Source: the human T2T-CHM13v2.0 reference genome, Homo sapiens. Taken from it: a DNA stretch of 64,000 nt. The notes beneath the pieces are model-generated. The model was not told the origin of the DNA. It saw nothing but the letters and a program-made list of their open reading frames with translations, and did not search any database. Positions 1 through 13,417 of this stretch are shown here, in pieces. The stretch lies in the NCBI RefSeq assembly GCF_009914755.1, contig NC_060934.1. One strand, given 5' to 3'. Position 1 is the first letter of the stretch. Each line of letters opens with the position of its first letter. The position numbers and the translations under genes are program-made.

Positions 1-196
1 ATCTTGCAGGATGGAAAAATTCAAAGTGCCATTTTCTGGCTATTTGGAACTACTGTCGAGTTTGTATTGGGGTCAAGAGACATTGCAGAAGAAAATAAGG
101 CATTTAGGTTTTAGGTCAGGTGTGAGTTGAGGTTTTAAGTTTTTGAGAACACAGGCCAAGGGAGTAGAAGGAGGAATGGAGGGTGAAGTTTCCCAT
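1..196 (-). pseudogene. HERV-H gag N-terminus, disrupted
   Basis: ATG at 196-194 (MGN), then a frameshift. The downstream frame reads LKPKCLIFFCNVS*PQYKLDSSSK*PENGTLNFSILQD, a gammaretroviral matrix-like sequence with two stops at Trp positions. Confidence 0.8.
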
Positions 197-291
197 AGTG
201 AAGGAAGCAAGCCTAGAGAAAAGAGAGAGTAGAGAAATGGAAGGAAGGGGTTCAGGGGTTCTTACCTTCCAGAAAAGTGGGAAAAGGGGTT

Positions 292-790
292 GGGGCTCAG
301 AGATAAGAGGTCAGGGCACGGAAATAAGGGATGGGGCGCAGAAATAAGAGGTCGGGGCGTGGAAATAAGGGATTGGGGTGCAGAGATATGAGGTTGGGGC
401 ATGGAAATAAGGGATTGGGGTGCAGAGATATGAGGTTGGGGCATGGAAATAAGGGATTGGGGCACAGAGATATGAGGTTGGGGTACTTGCCCCTCCTCTA
501 GAAAAGCGGGACTTGCCACTAAGAGTGAAGGAGAAGGGGTTGAGTGGTACTTGCCCCTCCCCCAGAAAAGCGGGACTTGTCGCTAAGGGTGAAGGAGAAG
601 GGGTTGAGGGGTACTTGCCCCTCTCCAAGAAAAGCTGAGAAGGGGTAGAGACAAGGAGAGAAGGGGTTGGGGTACTTGCCCTGTCCCTGGAAAAGCAGAG
701 AAGGGGTAGAGACAAGGAGAGAAGGGGTTGGGGTACTTGCCCCTTCCCCAGAAAAGCGGGAATTGCTGCTAAGGGTGAAGGACCAAGGCA
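292..790. repeat. HERV-H leader tandem repeats: ~42-bp unit x ~4.5 (292-480), then ~60-bp GGTACTTGCCC units (480-790)
   Basis: GGGGTGCAGAGATATGAGGTTGGGGCATGGAAATAAGGGATT is repeated, which gives the 14-aa periodicity in ORF 311-868. Confidence 0.85.
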
Positions 791-1066
791 GGCATCCCTG
801 CATGGTCTGACACCCTTGAAACGTGGGTTAATAATCAGAGAGGCGTCCCTGCAATGATTAAACAACAAGGGAAGGCTGCCTTCCCAGTCCGTGACCGGTG
901 CCAGAGTTTTGGGTCCACGGATAAAACATGTCTCCTTTGTCTCTACCAGAAAATGAAAGGAATTGAAATTAAGAGAAGGGAGAGATTGAAGTGTGGCACC
1001 AAGATTGAAAGGAGAAAGAGGTTGAGGGATAGTGAGGGAAGTTGGAGAAGAGAGTAAGAAGAGGCT

Positions 1067-1075
1067 GCTTACCGG
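1067..1075 (-). other. HERV-H major splice donor
   Basis: Minus strand CAAATCCG|GTAAGC, GT at 1072-1071, about 150 nt downstream of the 5' LTR. Confidence 0.8.
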
Positions 1076-1198
1076 ATTTGAAATTGGTGAGATGTTTCTT
1101 GGGCTGGTCGGTCTGAGGACCTGAGGTCATAGGTGGATCTTTCTCATGGATCAAAGAGCAGGAGGACAGGGGATTGATCTCCCAAGGGAGGTCCCCCG

Positions 1199-1216
1199 AT
1201 CCGAGTCACGGCACCA
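1199..1216 (-). other. Primer-binding site, tRNA-His
   Basis: Minus strand TGGTGCCGTGACTCGGAT, 2 nt after the LTR end. Confidence 0.95.
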
Positions 1217-1218
1217 AA

Positions 1219-1669
1219 TTTCATGCGTGTCCGTGTGAAGAGACCACCAAACAGGCTTTGTGTGAGCAATATGGCTGTTTATTTCACCTGGGCGCAGGCA
1301 GGCTGAGTCCAAAAATAGAGTCAGTGAAGGGAGATGGGGGTGGGGCCGTTTTATAGGATTTGGGTAGGTAAAGGAAAATTACAGTCAAAGGGGGTTTGTT
1401 CTCTGGCGGGCAGGAGTGGGGGTCGCAAGGTGCCCAGTGGAGGTGCTTTTTGAGTCAGGATGAGCTAGGAAAAGGACTTTCACAAGGTAATGTCATCACT
1501 TAAGGCAAGGACCAGCCATTTACACTTCTTTTGTGGTGGAATGTCATCAGTTAAGGTGGGGCAGGGCATATTCACTTCTTTTATGATTCTTCAGTTACTT
1601 CAGGTCATCTGGGTATACGTGCAAGTCACAGGGGATGCGATGGCTTGGCTTGGGCTCAGAGGCGTGACA
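1219..1669 (-). mobile_element. LTR7 (5' LTR of HERV-H), LTR7up-like; promoter
   Basis: The minus strand starts TGTCACGCCTCTGAGCCCAAGCCAAGCC and ends GCATGAAA next to the PBS. TATAAAA at 1355-1349 and AATAAA at 1283-1278. Confidence 0.95.
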
Positions 1670-2544
1670 TAAACTTCTTTCCATCCATATTGCCATAAAG
1701 AGTAGGTCTACAATGTTATTGAGTCCTGAAATTATATTACCTTCCTATTGCCATTCACCAAAACTAGAATTGGCAAAAATGTTCATTGTTGTTTTTTAAA
1801 ATCTCATCAAAAAAGAAGTCATCTCCTTGAATTTATTTGCCTTTTGGATGATCATATTTTGAGTCACGAAGCAATAGTAACTCTTATGCTCAGGTTTTTA
1901 CTATAGGGCAATGGGGCAGTTAGACTGGACACTATCTGTGAGTGGGGTCTTGTGTCCAGATTCACACAGGAGCCCCTATGTTAGAGAAGATTTAACTAAT
2001 GCATAAATATTTGAAACTGTATTATCAACTCAGCTCAGGTAGCAGTTTCCTTTTTTTATTCAGAATACTTACACGGAGACACACTGAAGAACAGACAGAC
2101 GTACACATCCCCCATGCACACCCCACAAAACTTTCTGATGTCTAGCTAAAATGAAACTAAAGACCTTGGTTGTTTCAAATCAAGGTCTCTGGTAGTAATT
2201 TCCAGTAATTGTTTTAAAATATCTCTTTTAAGTCAGGAGAACTGGGGAAGACCTGTTTTGCCCTGGCTCATGCTTTTAGCAGTTACATTTCTCAGCTTTT
2301 TATTCAGAAATATCTTGATTTTCAATTTCCAAAGTGGAGACTTAGGCTTCAAGAAGTCTTTTCAGGTGGTACAAGGGCCTGGTAGTATTAAAAGAGTTAA
2401 TGTCCAGATTCTTGACTCGAGTTTCATGTGTCCTTTCCCCAAAGATGATGTCTGAGAATGCATTTGGGGCAACTTCTCATGCTTTTCTTTTTTTGCCATT
2501 TCTCTTCACAATCACCCTTCTCTTATTTTCTCAAAGAAAGGTAG

Positions 2545-2666
2545 AACTCTCACCCACCTGGGATCCTCACAGGATGCGTTGCTCCAGGCTGCAAAAACCT
2601 CTGTGAATTCTCACCCATCTGGTATCTTAACAGGATGCATTGCCCCAGGATGCAAAATCCTCTGTG
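2545..2666. repeat. Diverged 61-bp tandem duplication
   Basis: 2545-2605 and 2606-2666 both read AA(C/T)TCTCACCCA...CAGGATGC...TGCAAAA...CTCTGTG. Confidence 0.85.
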
Positions 2667-3280
2667 CCTTCAGTCAAATGGTCCATTGAAAACAGTAGTG
2701 TCTGGAGTCATCCCTTAATCAAGGTGCCATTAATACATGGGAGTGGTCCAGTCCAGGCAGGTGAAGCAAGGCATTAGCATGAAGGCAGGCTCGTAGGATA
2801 TTCTGAACCCAGATACATCATAGACAATGGGTTTGCCACAGGGATGACATTAGAAAAAAAAATACTTTACCTTTTTTATCTCCCAATCATGGTCAAATGA
2901 TCTCACTTTGGAGAGAAAATCTGGTGAGAATGAAATAGAGACTGCTAAGTCTGAAGTAGGGAACGATTATGAAAACCTCTGCAGGCACAGCACCTTAATC
3001 AACTCAGGCAGCAAACTCCTGGCAAAGCCCTCACCTCCATCATCTGTCCATCTATCCATCCACTCAGCCATCTATCTTCAAATAGGAGAGTTTTAACATT
3101 TGCTAAAAGGCTACATGCATCCCCTCTGCATGTTTGCCATTCTCAGGATTGAGGAGCTGCTGGGTGAAGGATGTCATTCATCCCTGTCTCAGTTTCAGTT
3201 GCACGTTTTGCATGATTTTGAGGAAGAGAAAGGAAACAGATCCATAATTATTTTCCAAAGATCACCTCTTTAAGTAAAAC

Positions 3281-3850
3281 ATCGGTTTTCTATACTGCAT
3301 AACAGGTGATTGCAAATGCAGTAGCTTAAAACGGTGTCCATGAGTCAGGAGTCAAGAGGGCTCAGCTGGGTTCTGTGCTTGGCATCTCACCAGGCTGAAA
3401 GGGAGCTGTGGGCCAGGGCTGCTAATCTCATCTCAGGTGCAGGGTTCTCTTCCAAGCTCACTGGTGGCTAGAGTCGTTTCATTGCAGTTGTATGGCTGAA
3501 GTCCCATTTTCCTGATTGCTGTTAACAGGCACTGCTCTTAGCTCCTGGAGGCTGCTGGTAGCTCCCTATGATGTGGTCCCTTCAGGAAGTTCAGAAGATG
3601 ACCATTTGTTTCCTTCCTTCCAGCCAGCAGGAGCACGGCTACTGTTGCTTCTTTTCTCTATAAGGACCTGCCTGGCTAGATCATATCCACCCAGGATGTT
3701 CTCCCTTATGGTTAACTCAAAGTCAACTGATTTGCTACCCAATCACGGCTGTATCTTCTCACATTCACAGTTCCCATCCACATTCTAGGGAAGGGGGATG
3801 ACACATGGGGTGGGAATCTTGGAGATGCTATTAGAATTCTCCCTACCACA
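3281..3850 (-). mobile_element. MaLR LTR (MLT1E/F/G-like), 3' LTR
   Basis: Contains TCTCACCAGGCTGAAA and TCTTCCAAGCTCACT motifs. The minus strand begins TGTGGTAGG, preceded by a purine tract. Confidence 0.7.
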
Positions 3851-5024
<1,174 letters not shown>

Positions 5025-5025
<1 letters not shown>

Positions 5026-6400
5026 TCTATTCAACCGTTGGTAGATGTTTTGGTTATTTCCAGTTTTGGGCTACTATAAAGAAAGCTGCTGTAAATGCTT
5101 GTTTACAAGTCTTTGTGTGGGCACATACTTTCATTTCTCTTAGGTAAATATTTAGGAGTGCAATTGCTGGGTAGTAGGGGAAAGACCTTATGGGAAACTG
5201 TTAAATTTTTTCCAAAATTGTTTTACCACTTTACATTCCTACCAGCAATGTATGCCGCTTCTGATTGTTCAATATTTTAAATTTTAGCAATTTTAGTGGC
5301 TCTATAGTGATATCTCTTAATGATTTTAATTTGCATTTCCCTGATGATGACAACACATTGGGTATTTGTCATGTGCTTATTGACTATTAACACAAATGTA
5401 TTTGTAAAGTGTCTATTCAAGTTGTTTTGCCCATGTTTTTAATGGGTTGTCTTTTTATTATTAAATTGAAGGGATTCTTTATACATTCTGGATACAGGTT
5501 CTGTTTTAGATTTAGGTATTGCAAATAGTTTTGCCCAGTCTGTGGCTCACCCTTTCATTTTCTTAACAGTGTTTTTTAATGAGAAATTTTTTATTTTGAT
5601 GAAGTGTAGCTAATCAATATTTTCTTTTATAGTTAGTGATTTCTGGATCCTGTCTAATAAATATTTGTCTGCTAGGTCTTGAAGATATTCTCCTATGCTT
5701 TTCCTAGAAGTTTTATAGTATTAATTTTTACATTTAGGCCTATAATCCACCATGAATTTACTTTTATATGCAATGTGAGATATGCTTCCAGGTATGTTTT
5801 ATTCTGTACGTATATGTAACTGTTCCATCTCCAATTACTTAATGACTTACACTTTCCCATTCAGTTGCTTTGGTGTCTCACTTGTAAATAAATTGACCAT
5901 ATGAATTTAGGTCTATTTCTGGACTCTTTATTCTGTTCCATTGATTTTGTTTTCTATATTTATGCCAATACCATGCTAACTTTTCAGTTGTAGCTGTATA
6001 GAAAGTATTAAAGTAAGGTAGATAGGCTCTTTAGCTTTACTGTTCTTTTTCTAGATTGTTTTGGCAACTGTAAATCCTTTCAATTTCCATATACATCTTA
6101 GAATCTGTCAATGCCTACCAAAAATGCTACAATTTTGATAAGGATTGGATGAAATTTATAAATCAATTTGGGGGAAATTTCTTCTTATGAAAAGTTAGAA
6201 ATAATTCTTGTTCCCTTATGTAATGTGTCATTTCTTTCTGTCTGCTTTCAAGATTTTCTCTTTGCCTCTAGTTTTTAGAAGTTTGCCTATGATATGCTTA
6301 AAGCCGAATGTGTTTTGTTTTTATTCTGTTAGAGATCACTGAGCTTGTTGGGTCTGTAAGATCATGTTTTTCTTGTTGGGTCATGTAAGATCATGTTTTT
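5025..6400 (-). mobile_element. Old L1 (L1M-type) fragments
   Basis: T-rich antisense L1 ORF2 motifs, e.g. TTTTAATTTGCATTTCCCTGATG and GGTCTATTTCTGGACTCT. Confidence 0.8.
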
Positions 6401-6739
6401 CACAACCACAGCAAGACAGAAACTAACATTTAAATAATTTTTATTTTAAGATATTTGTGGCAAAGAAAGTTTAGAAGTAAATCTGTGAGCAGAATGACAT
6501 AGTACAAAGATGTTTTTGCACATACGGAGATTAGAAAAAAACAAATTTAGTCTACCTATCTGATACAAAGTATATTTTATAAGGTAAAAAATAAGTTGAT
6601 ATAAACAAGGTTAGCCAATGACTTTTTAAAGTAAAAGTATTTTCTTTGAATAGGTTATAGTTCTTTTCCTTAGTGTAGCTATTATTTACCTGCATTTCAA
6701 TCAATAGATTTTGAAGGGATTCAAATCCTTGCTTGGATG

Positions 6740-6925
6740 CCTTTTCTCTTCTCTTCTGTCTCCTCTCCTCTCCTGTCCTCTCCTCTCCTGTCCTCTCTTC
6801 TCCTCTCCTCTCCTCTCTTCTCCTCTCCTCTCCTCTCCTCTCCTCTCCTCTCCTCTCCTCTCCTCTCCTCCCCTCCCCTCCCCTCCCTCTCCCCTCCCCT
6901 CCTTTTCTCTTCTCTTCTCTTCTTT
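6740..6925. repeat. (CTCTC)n / (CTCCC)n polypyrimidine microsatellite
   Basis: Pentamer array visible directly in the sequence. Confidence 0.95.
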
Positions 6926-7245
6926 CATTATTTTCCTTATCTATAGACCATCCAGAAACTAGCATTTCTAATATAATATAGATGTAAATTTCCAAACTAG
7001 CATAAAAATGCAAATTCTAAGACTAAACATTTCAATGAAGCTTAGCAATGAAGTTAATATATCTTATCTCCAAATTGAGTTTCATAAAATATAGAATTAT
7101 TTGAAGTATCAGATGTTATTGGACATTATTTGAAGTATTGGACATTAAAAAAAACTCAAAGAATAAGAAAATAAAACTGATTATAAATCAGAAGTGTTGT
7201 CCATTTAAATTCGCTGTGACAGACAAAAGAAAAGAAGAATACTAG

Positions 7246-7592
<347 letters not shown>

Positions 7593-7744
7593 TCACTCTC
7601 AACCGAGTTACTTACAAGTGATTCTAAGAAAATCAGATATCCTTTTCCATCTTTCTTTTCTCTATTATGTATAATATACCTCAGACTAATTTATATTTCT
7701 GAAACCTGACAGTCATGAGATGTTTGAAATAAAGAACAATTCTT

Positions 7745-8052
7745 TTTTTTTATTATTATACTTTAAGTTTTAGGGTACATGTGCACAACGTGCAGGTTAG
7801 TTACATATGTATACATATGCCATGTTGGTGTGCTGCACCCAGCCAAATGTCCAACAATGATAGACTGGATTAAGAAAATGTGGCACATATACACCATGGA
7901 ATACTATGCAGCCATAAAAAATGATGAGTTCACGTCCTTTGTAGGGACATGGATGAAGCTGGAAACCATCATTCTCAGCAAACTATCGCAAGGACAAAAA
8001 ACCAAACACCGCATGTTCTCACTCATAGGTGGGAACTGAACAATAAGAACAC
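7745..8052 (-). mobile_element. Short 5'-inverted L1PA2/3-like insertion
   Basis: Antisense L1 3' end (7745-7841) joined to a sense 3' segment (7842-8052). 13-bp TSD AAGAACAATTCTT at 7732-7744 and 8053-8065. Confidence 0.92.
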
Positions 8053-8097
8053 AAGAACAATTCTTAATAGTGACCACATCAGTATGACTTTTGATAT

Positions 8098-8567
8098 TGT
8101 GAAAGGAAAATAAACCTTCGGGTCCCCAAATCACTAGGGCAAAGGGAAAAGTTAAGCTGGGAACTGCTTAGGGCCAACCTGCCTCCCCTTCTATTCAAAG
8201 TCACCCCTGTGCTCACTGAGACAAATGCATATCTGATTCCCCCTTTAGAGAAGCTCATCAGAAACTCAAAAGAATGCAACCATTTGTCTGTTATCTACCT
8301 ATGACCTGGAAGCCCCCTCCCTGCTTGAGTCTTCCTGCTTTTGGTTCTAGTTGTCCCATCTTTCCAGACTGAACCAATGTTCATCTTGCATATGTTGATT
8401 GATGTCTCATGTCTTCCTTGAATGTATAAAACCAAACTGTGCTCTGACCACCTTGAGCACATGTCATCAGGACCTCCTGAGGCTGTGTCAGGGGTGCAGA
8501 TCCTCAAATTTGGCAAAATAAACTTTCTAAATTAACTGAGACCTGTCTCAGATTATTGGGGTTCACA
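8098..8567 (+). mobile_element. Solo ERV1 LTR, MER4A/MER4A1-like
   Basis: TGTGAAAGGAAAATAAA...GGGGTTCACA with TG...CA ends and a 4-bp TSD ATAT on both sides. Confidence 0.88.
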
Positions 8568-8824
8568 ATATATGTTTTATCCTTACACAATATATTATAT
8601 GTTTTCAGTATTTTTTAATGCTTGAGGGTCTAATTCATAGCAGAAGCAGAAAGCCTGATCTCTGCCTGTTGTTCCAGTTTGAAGTTCATAGTCAATAATT
8701 CTGTCTTGGCCCGTAATTAAACTTTGTCAACCTTCTTGGTTTTTGACCATCTTTCCCCTCTCTTTACACCTTTAATCACCCAGGTACTTACCTTCACAGC
8801 ATCTCTGACTCTCTATGCTGGGCC

Positions 8825-9325
8825 TCTCTCTGTCTGCTGCCCACAGATCCATTCCTCATCCTGCCCCTGCCTTGCTCTGTATCCAGGAGGGTTGACTCCC
8901 GGTCTGTGCTTCCCGGGCTCCCAGGTCCATTGGCTTTCCATTGGGTTCAGCTAATTGATGAGAGACTGGAGGGCTGGGAGGGAGAGGGTGGGGCATTGCT
9001 CTCCTCCCCAACAGCCTTATGTGGTATGTCTGTTAGCACCTGCACCCCATTGTGAATCCTGCTCTGACCATACAGACACACCTGAGGTGGTTCCAGCTTC
9101 CATTAGATGGAGCGGCTCCAGGTCCCAGGTGGCATTACTTCCTTCTCTTGCCCCCAGCCTAAGGGCAGCAGTCGTTTCCTGCTGTTGCAAATCCCCGGGT
9201 TATCTGCTGCCTCAATGTGGCTTCTCAGTTCCTTCCGCGCCCATGTTACCCTCTCCCTGCAATGAGTTTCCTTTGTGTACATGCTTGAAGAGTTTTTCAT
9301 TTTCCCAGTTAAATGCTAACAGACA
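8825..9325 (+). mobile_element. Old ERVL LTR, LTR33-like
   Basis: CCCTGCCTTGCTCTGTATCCAGGAGG...GGCTTTCCATTGGGTTCAGCTAAT...GGAGGGCTGGGAGG resembles LTR33. Confidence 0.55.
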
Positions 9326-9517
9326 CTATCTCTTACAAACTGCCCTATTTTCAGATTGTCTATACTAGTATCAATGATTATAATTATGATTCTTAATGGT
9401 GGGTCAGTAACCAATAAAATATGCAAGATTTTCATTTAGTTCTTACATAAAATGAGATGCACCTCCATATATTTTTACATATAGCAAGAGCTACTTATCG
9501 GTAGTTTAATAAGTAGA

Positions 9518-9689
9518 TTATTATTATTATTATTATTATGAGATAGGGTCTTGCTCTGTCACCCAGGCTGGAGTGCAGTGATGCGATCACGTTTTACTGC
9601 AACCTCAACCTCCCAGGCTCAACCAGTCCTCCCACGTCAGCCCCCGAGTAGCTAGGACTACAGGGTGCGTGCTACCATGCCCAGCTAAC
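9518..9689 (-). mobile_element. Alu monomer (FRAM/FLAM or AluJ half) with (ATT)n tail
   Basis: Single antisense arm; degenerate TSD AATAAGT(AGA/GGG)TTATTA. Confidence 0.85.
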
Positions 9690-12212
9690 AATAAGTGGGT
9701 TATTAAGGGTTATTAACTTTTATTATACATACAGCAAAATTCTTTTAACAGCATTGCTGAAAAACATTTCTAAATATTATAGTTGTTAATTCATAGCATT
9801 CTGCCTCTGTATGTTAATTTATCAATATAATTATTTACAACGTAGTATAATGTTTCCCTGACAAGCTTGCGGACTTCAAGTCTTAAACATACTAAAATCA
9901 TGTTCAGAACTTTTGGAAAATACAGGTTCCTGGAACCTAACCCAGACTGACAGTATCTGACCTTGGAGAAAGGAGGCCAGGGTGACGTCTTGGCATTTAG
10001 CTTCTCAACCTGATGAGGGGTGTTTGGGAAAACAACATAACAAGTGGAAGGCTGAGCATAAATACCATTTCCAAGTCACCACTTGGTTGACTATTGGATT
10101 ATTGCATTTTACCTCTGAGAAGCTTACAGGGACTGTAATAAACGCTGGAGCTGAAATAATATTTAAAGTATTCACATGCAAGAGGCACCCCAATCACTTC
10201 CTTGAAGTCTTCATCTGAGGTTTACTACAAAAACACTTAGTCATTTTCTGAGGTGTGACTATTTCTGTCTGATGGACAGGAAAGGGGGAAAGTTTTACTC
10301 ATATCAATTAATAAAGAAGTTCTGGAAAGATCTTGTATTTCCAGAAAATAAGCCAACCTAGTAACACCACGAGCCCTGTTTGTGCTTGTTTTGAACTGCC
10401 TGTAACTCAGATTTGGTCTGGGTGAGAAACAAGAGTTACAAAACAGCATTTTCTGAATGTGAATCCATTTTCAAAGTTCCCGAAAGCTCTTCTTGAGAGC
10501 CCGTGGGGCTTTTTATATCTGTTCACTGTGGGAGAGATTTCCAGTTGCCCTTCAATGGCTTTTTTTCCCTCATCTTCCTTGGTATTAAGACTTTTAGATA
10601 AACACACAGCTCACAGAATAATCTGTCAGTGCATGGAGGTGTGTCCAATCTGTGCATGTCAGCTGTCTCATGTGCTCCCAAGGAAAAATGGTGGAAAGCC
10701 TTAACCTGGGACACAAAAAAAACAGATGAAATTTAATCTCTGAGATGTCTTGAGGAGCCAGAGAAATGTCTAAAGGTAAACATTTTTAGAAAAAAATTAT
10801 CTATCTTTATTAATTAATCTTCCTCCCCACCTAATTCCTAAAGCACTCAAGGTGACTGCGTAGATACTGTCATTTATTAGATATACTGACAAGGTAACTG
10901 ACTCTTTAAAACAAGGAATACTTGGCTAGTCTCAGATGAGCATGTGAGGTAACGTTCAAGATAGGCTTCTAATCATAGGTGCTCGATACAGTGATTATTT
11001 TTCCAAACACACACCTACATGCACAATTAAAATTGACCTACAGAATCAGTTTGATCTTGCTTTTGGGTCAGTTAAAATTATCTTGTGAGCATTTTGTAAT
11101 TCTTTTGAAATTCTTCAAACTGATTCCATTGAAAAACAAAGACATCATGTATTCAAATTCCCCTTTATTGTTCAATATGTCTGTTATTCTCACTCTTTAT
11201 TATTACAAATCATGCTGCAATGGACAGAGACTGGAGAGTATCAGTCACCATCATCCTGGCTGGCTCGTGCAGGTTGAGAAGGCAGCAATCGTGGGGAGGG
11301 CAGGAAAGGGTGTCAAGAAATGCCATAAAGGATCAAGGCCCAAGTCACAGATCTGAGAGCAGCCTCAATGGCTGCCATAGAGAGCAAACACAAGCACTTC
11401 CTACCTCAAGTCCTATTAGTTTGTCTTGTTTTTATTTGCGACCAAATTGCAATTCATCATCATTTCATTCCAAATTATTGGAATCCCAGAAGCACCTCCT
11501 GACTCTTACCTGTTGAGCTCTTGGTAAGAACCTCTATTACTCACAGCAGCAATTTATTTTGATGGGTATGTTAGTGAATATTACACATATTCCATTAATA
11601 TTACAGACATCCCATTGGTTGAATTTTGATAATTCTTCCTATTTTACAGAGATGAAAACGAAGGGTCACTGCCCAATGCCTTGGCTTGTAGGTCAGGTGA
11701 CCATGTATCTGACCCTGAACCTCTGCTCCTGACACCACTCCACCATGGTGCTGGTGGTGTTGCCGATGCTGGATGGGGGCTGAAATGTCAAATGACTGGT
11801 AAGCTGAGCCCGAAAGGACATCGGGTCCCCCAGAGAGCCAAGCTGAGAGTCAAGCTGAGAAATAAGCCTGTGCTAGCCAATTTACTACAAGCTCCACTGA
11901 ACAATGACTGTGACATCAGTTCAGGGACAAATAGTGGTGGTGGCCCACTCCTGGTTTTTCAGGATGGGGTTTCTCCACTCTGGCTGCATGGCTGGGTCAC
12001 TACGGGAGCTTAAAGGAGTTTCCTCTGCATGGTCTACACAGAGGATTCTGAGTTAATACTTTTTGATGGGGCTGGAGCATCGCTAGCTTTGACAAACTCT
12101 TCTGGTGATTTCCATGTGCCCCCAGGGTTGCGAACCACTTTTTAGGGACTTCTGAGGCTCTGAACTAGTGGTTGTTGAAAGTGCTAATGTGTCCTGTAGA
12201 AAAACACTTTCA

Positions 12213-12494
12213 GGCCGGGCGTGGTGGTCCATGCCTGTAATCCCAGCTCTTTGGGAGGCCGAGGTGGGGTGGACTGCTTGAGGTCAGTAGTTCAAGACCA
12301 GCCTAGCCAACATGGTGAAACCCCATCTCTACTAAAAATACAAAAATTAGCCGGACCTGGTGGGACACGCCTGTAATCCCAGCTACTCAGGAGGCTGAGT
12401 CAGAAGAATCACTTGAACTCCGGAGGCGGAGGTTGCAGTTTGCTGAGATCACACCACTGCACTCCAGCCTGGGCAACAGAGCAAGACTCCATCT

Positions 12495-12528
<34 letters not shown>

Positions 12529-12538
12529 AAAAGAAAAG
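12213..12538 (+). mobile_element. AluSx-like
   Basis: Full dimer with A tail; TSD AGAAAAACACTTT. Confidence 0.93.
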
Positions 12539-12835
12539 AAAAACACTTTTCATCATATAAATTAATCTTACTACTTTAGCAAGAGCCCCAGAAAGATATA
12601 GCAGTGGTTAAAAAGGTGATATATAGAGGAATTCCAGTATCTACTTTTCTGTTGTGAAGTCAGAGGGACAGAAACCTAGTGCTTATATGCACAGCAACGT
12701 GGGAGGCAGATGTGGGAAAAAGTCTGGGATTCCAGTTTTCATTTCAGCTTAGAAGCTCCTTAGCAGTGAAGCTGTCAGTCTGTCCACTTTCAAATCTTGT
12801 AAGTCATGAAATCGCTCATTGCAACCTGGTGTTAT

Positions 12836-13374
12836 TTTTTTCTCCCTCCCTCTTTGCCTCCCCCCTCCCTCCTTCTTTCCCTCCCTCCTTCCCTCCTTCC
12901 TTCCTTCCTTCCCTCCCTCCTTCCCTCCTTCCTTCCTTCCCTCCCTCCTTCCCTCCTTCCTTCCTTCCTCCCTCCCTCCTTCCCTCCTTCCTTCCTTCCC
13001 TCCCTCCTTCCCTCCTTCCTTCCTTCCTTCCCTCCCTCCTTCCCTCCTTCCTTCCTTCCCTCCCTCCTTCCCTCCTTCCTTCCTTCCTTCCCTCCCTCCT
13101 TCCCTCCTTCCTTCCTTCCTTCCTTCCCTCCGTCCCTCCTTCCTTCCTTCCCTCCCTCCGTCCCTCCCCCTTTCCCTTTCCCTCTCTCCCTCTCTCCCTC
13201 CCTCTCTCTCTCTGTCCCTCCTTCTCTCCCTCTCCCCCTTTCTTTCTTTCTTTCTTTCTCTCTCTCTCTTTCTCTTTCCCTCCCTCCCTCCCTGCCCCTT
13301 TCCCTTTCCCTCTCTCCCTCTCTCTCCCCCTCTCTCCCTCCTTCTCTCCCTCTCTCTCTCTTTCTCTTTCTTTC

Positions 13375-13417
<43 letters not shown>

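Larger units (their letters stand above)
1..1218 (-). mobile_element. HERV-H internal region (5' leader and start of gag); continues beyond the window start
   Basis: The minus strand after the LTR reads TTTGGTGCCGTGACTCGGATCGGGGGACCTCCCTTGGGAGATCAATCCCC, followed by the C-rich HERV-H leader repeats and gag-like sequence. Confidence 0.95.

Noticed and set aside
30-80. Trp-to-stop changes in gag as locus-specific APOBEC3 editing
   Set aside because: As far as I recall, these stops are shared by the common defective HERV-H lineage, and two sites are too few to call hypermutation.
6552-7013. Overlapping ORFs rich in EERRG / SSPLL
   Set aside because: Artefacts of the pentamer microsatellite.
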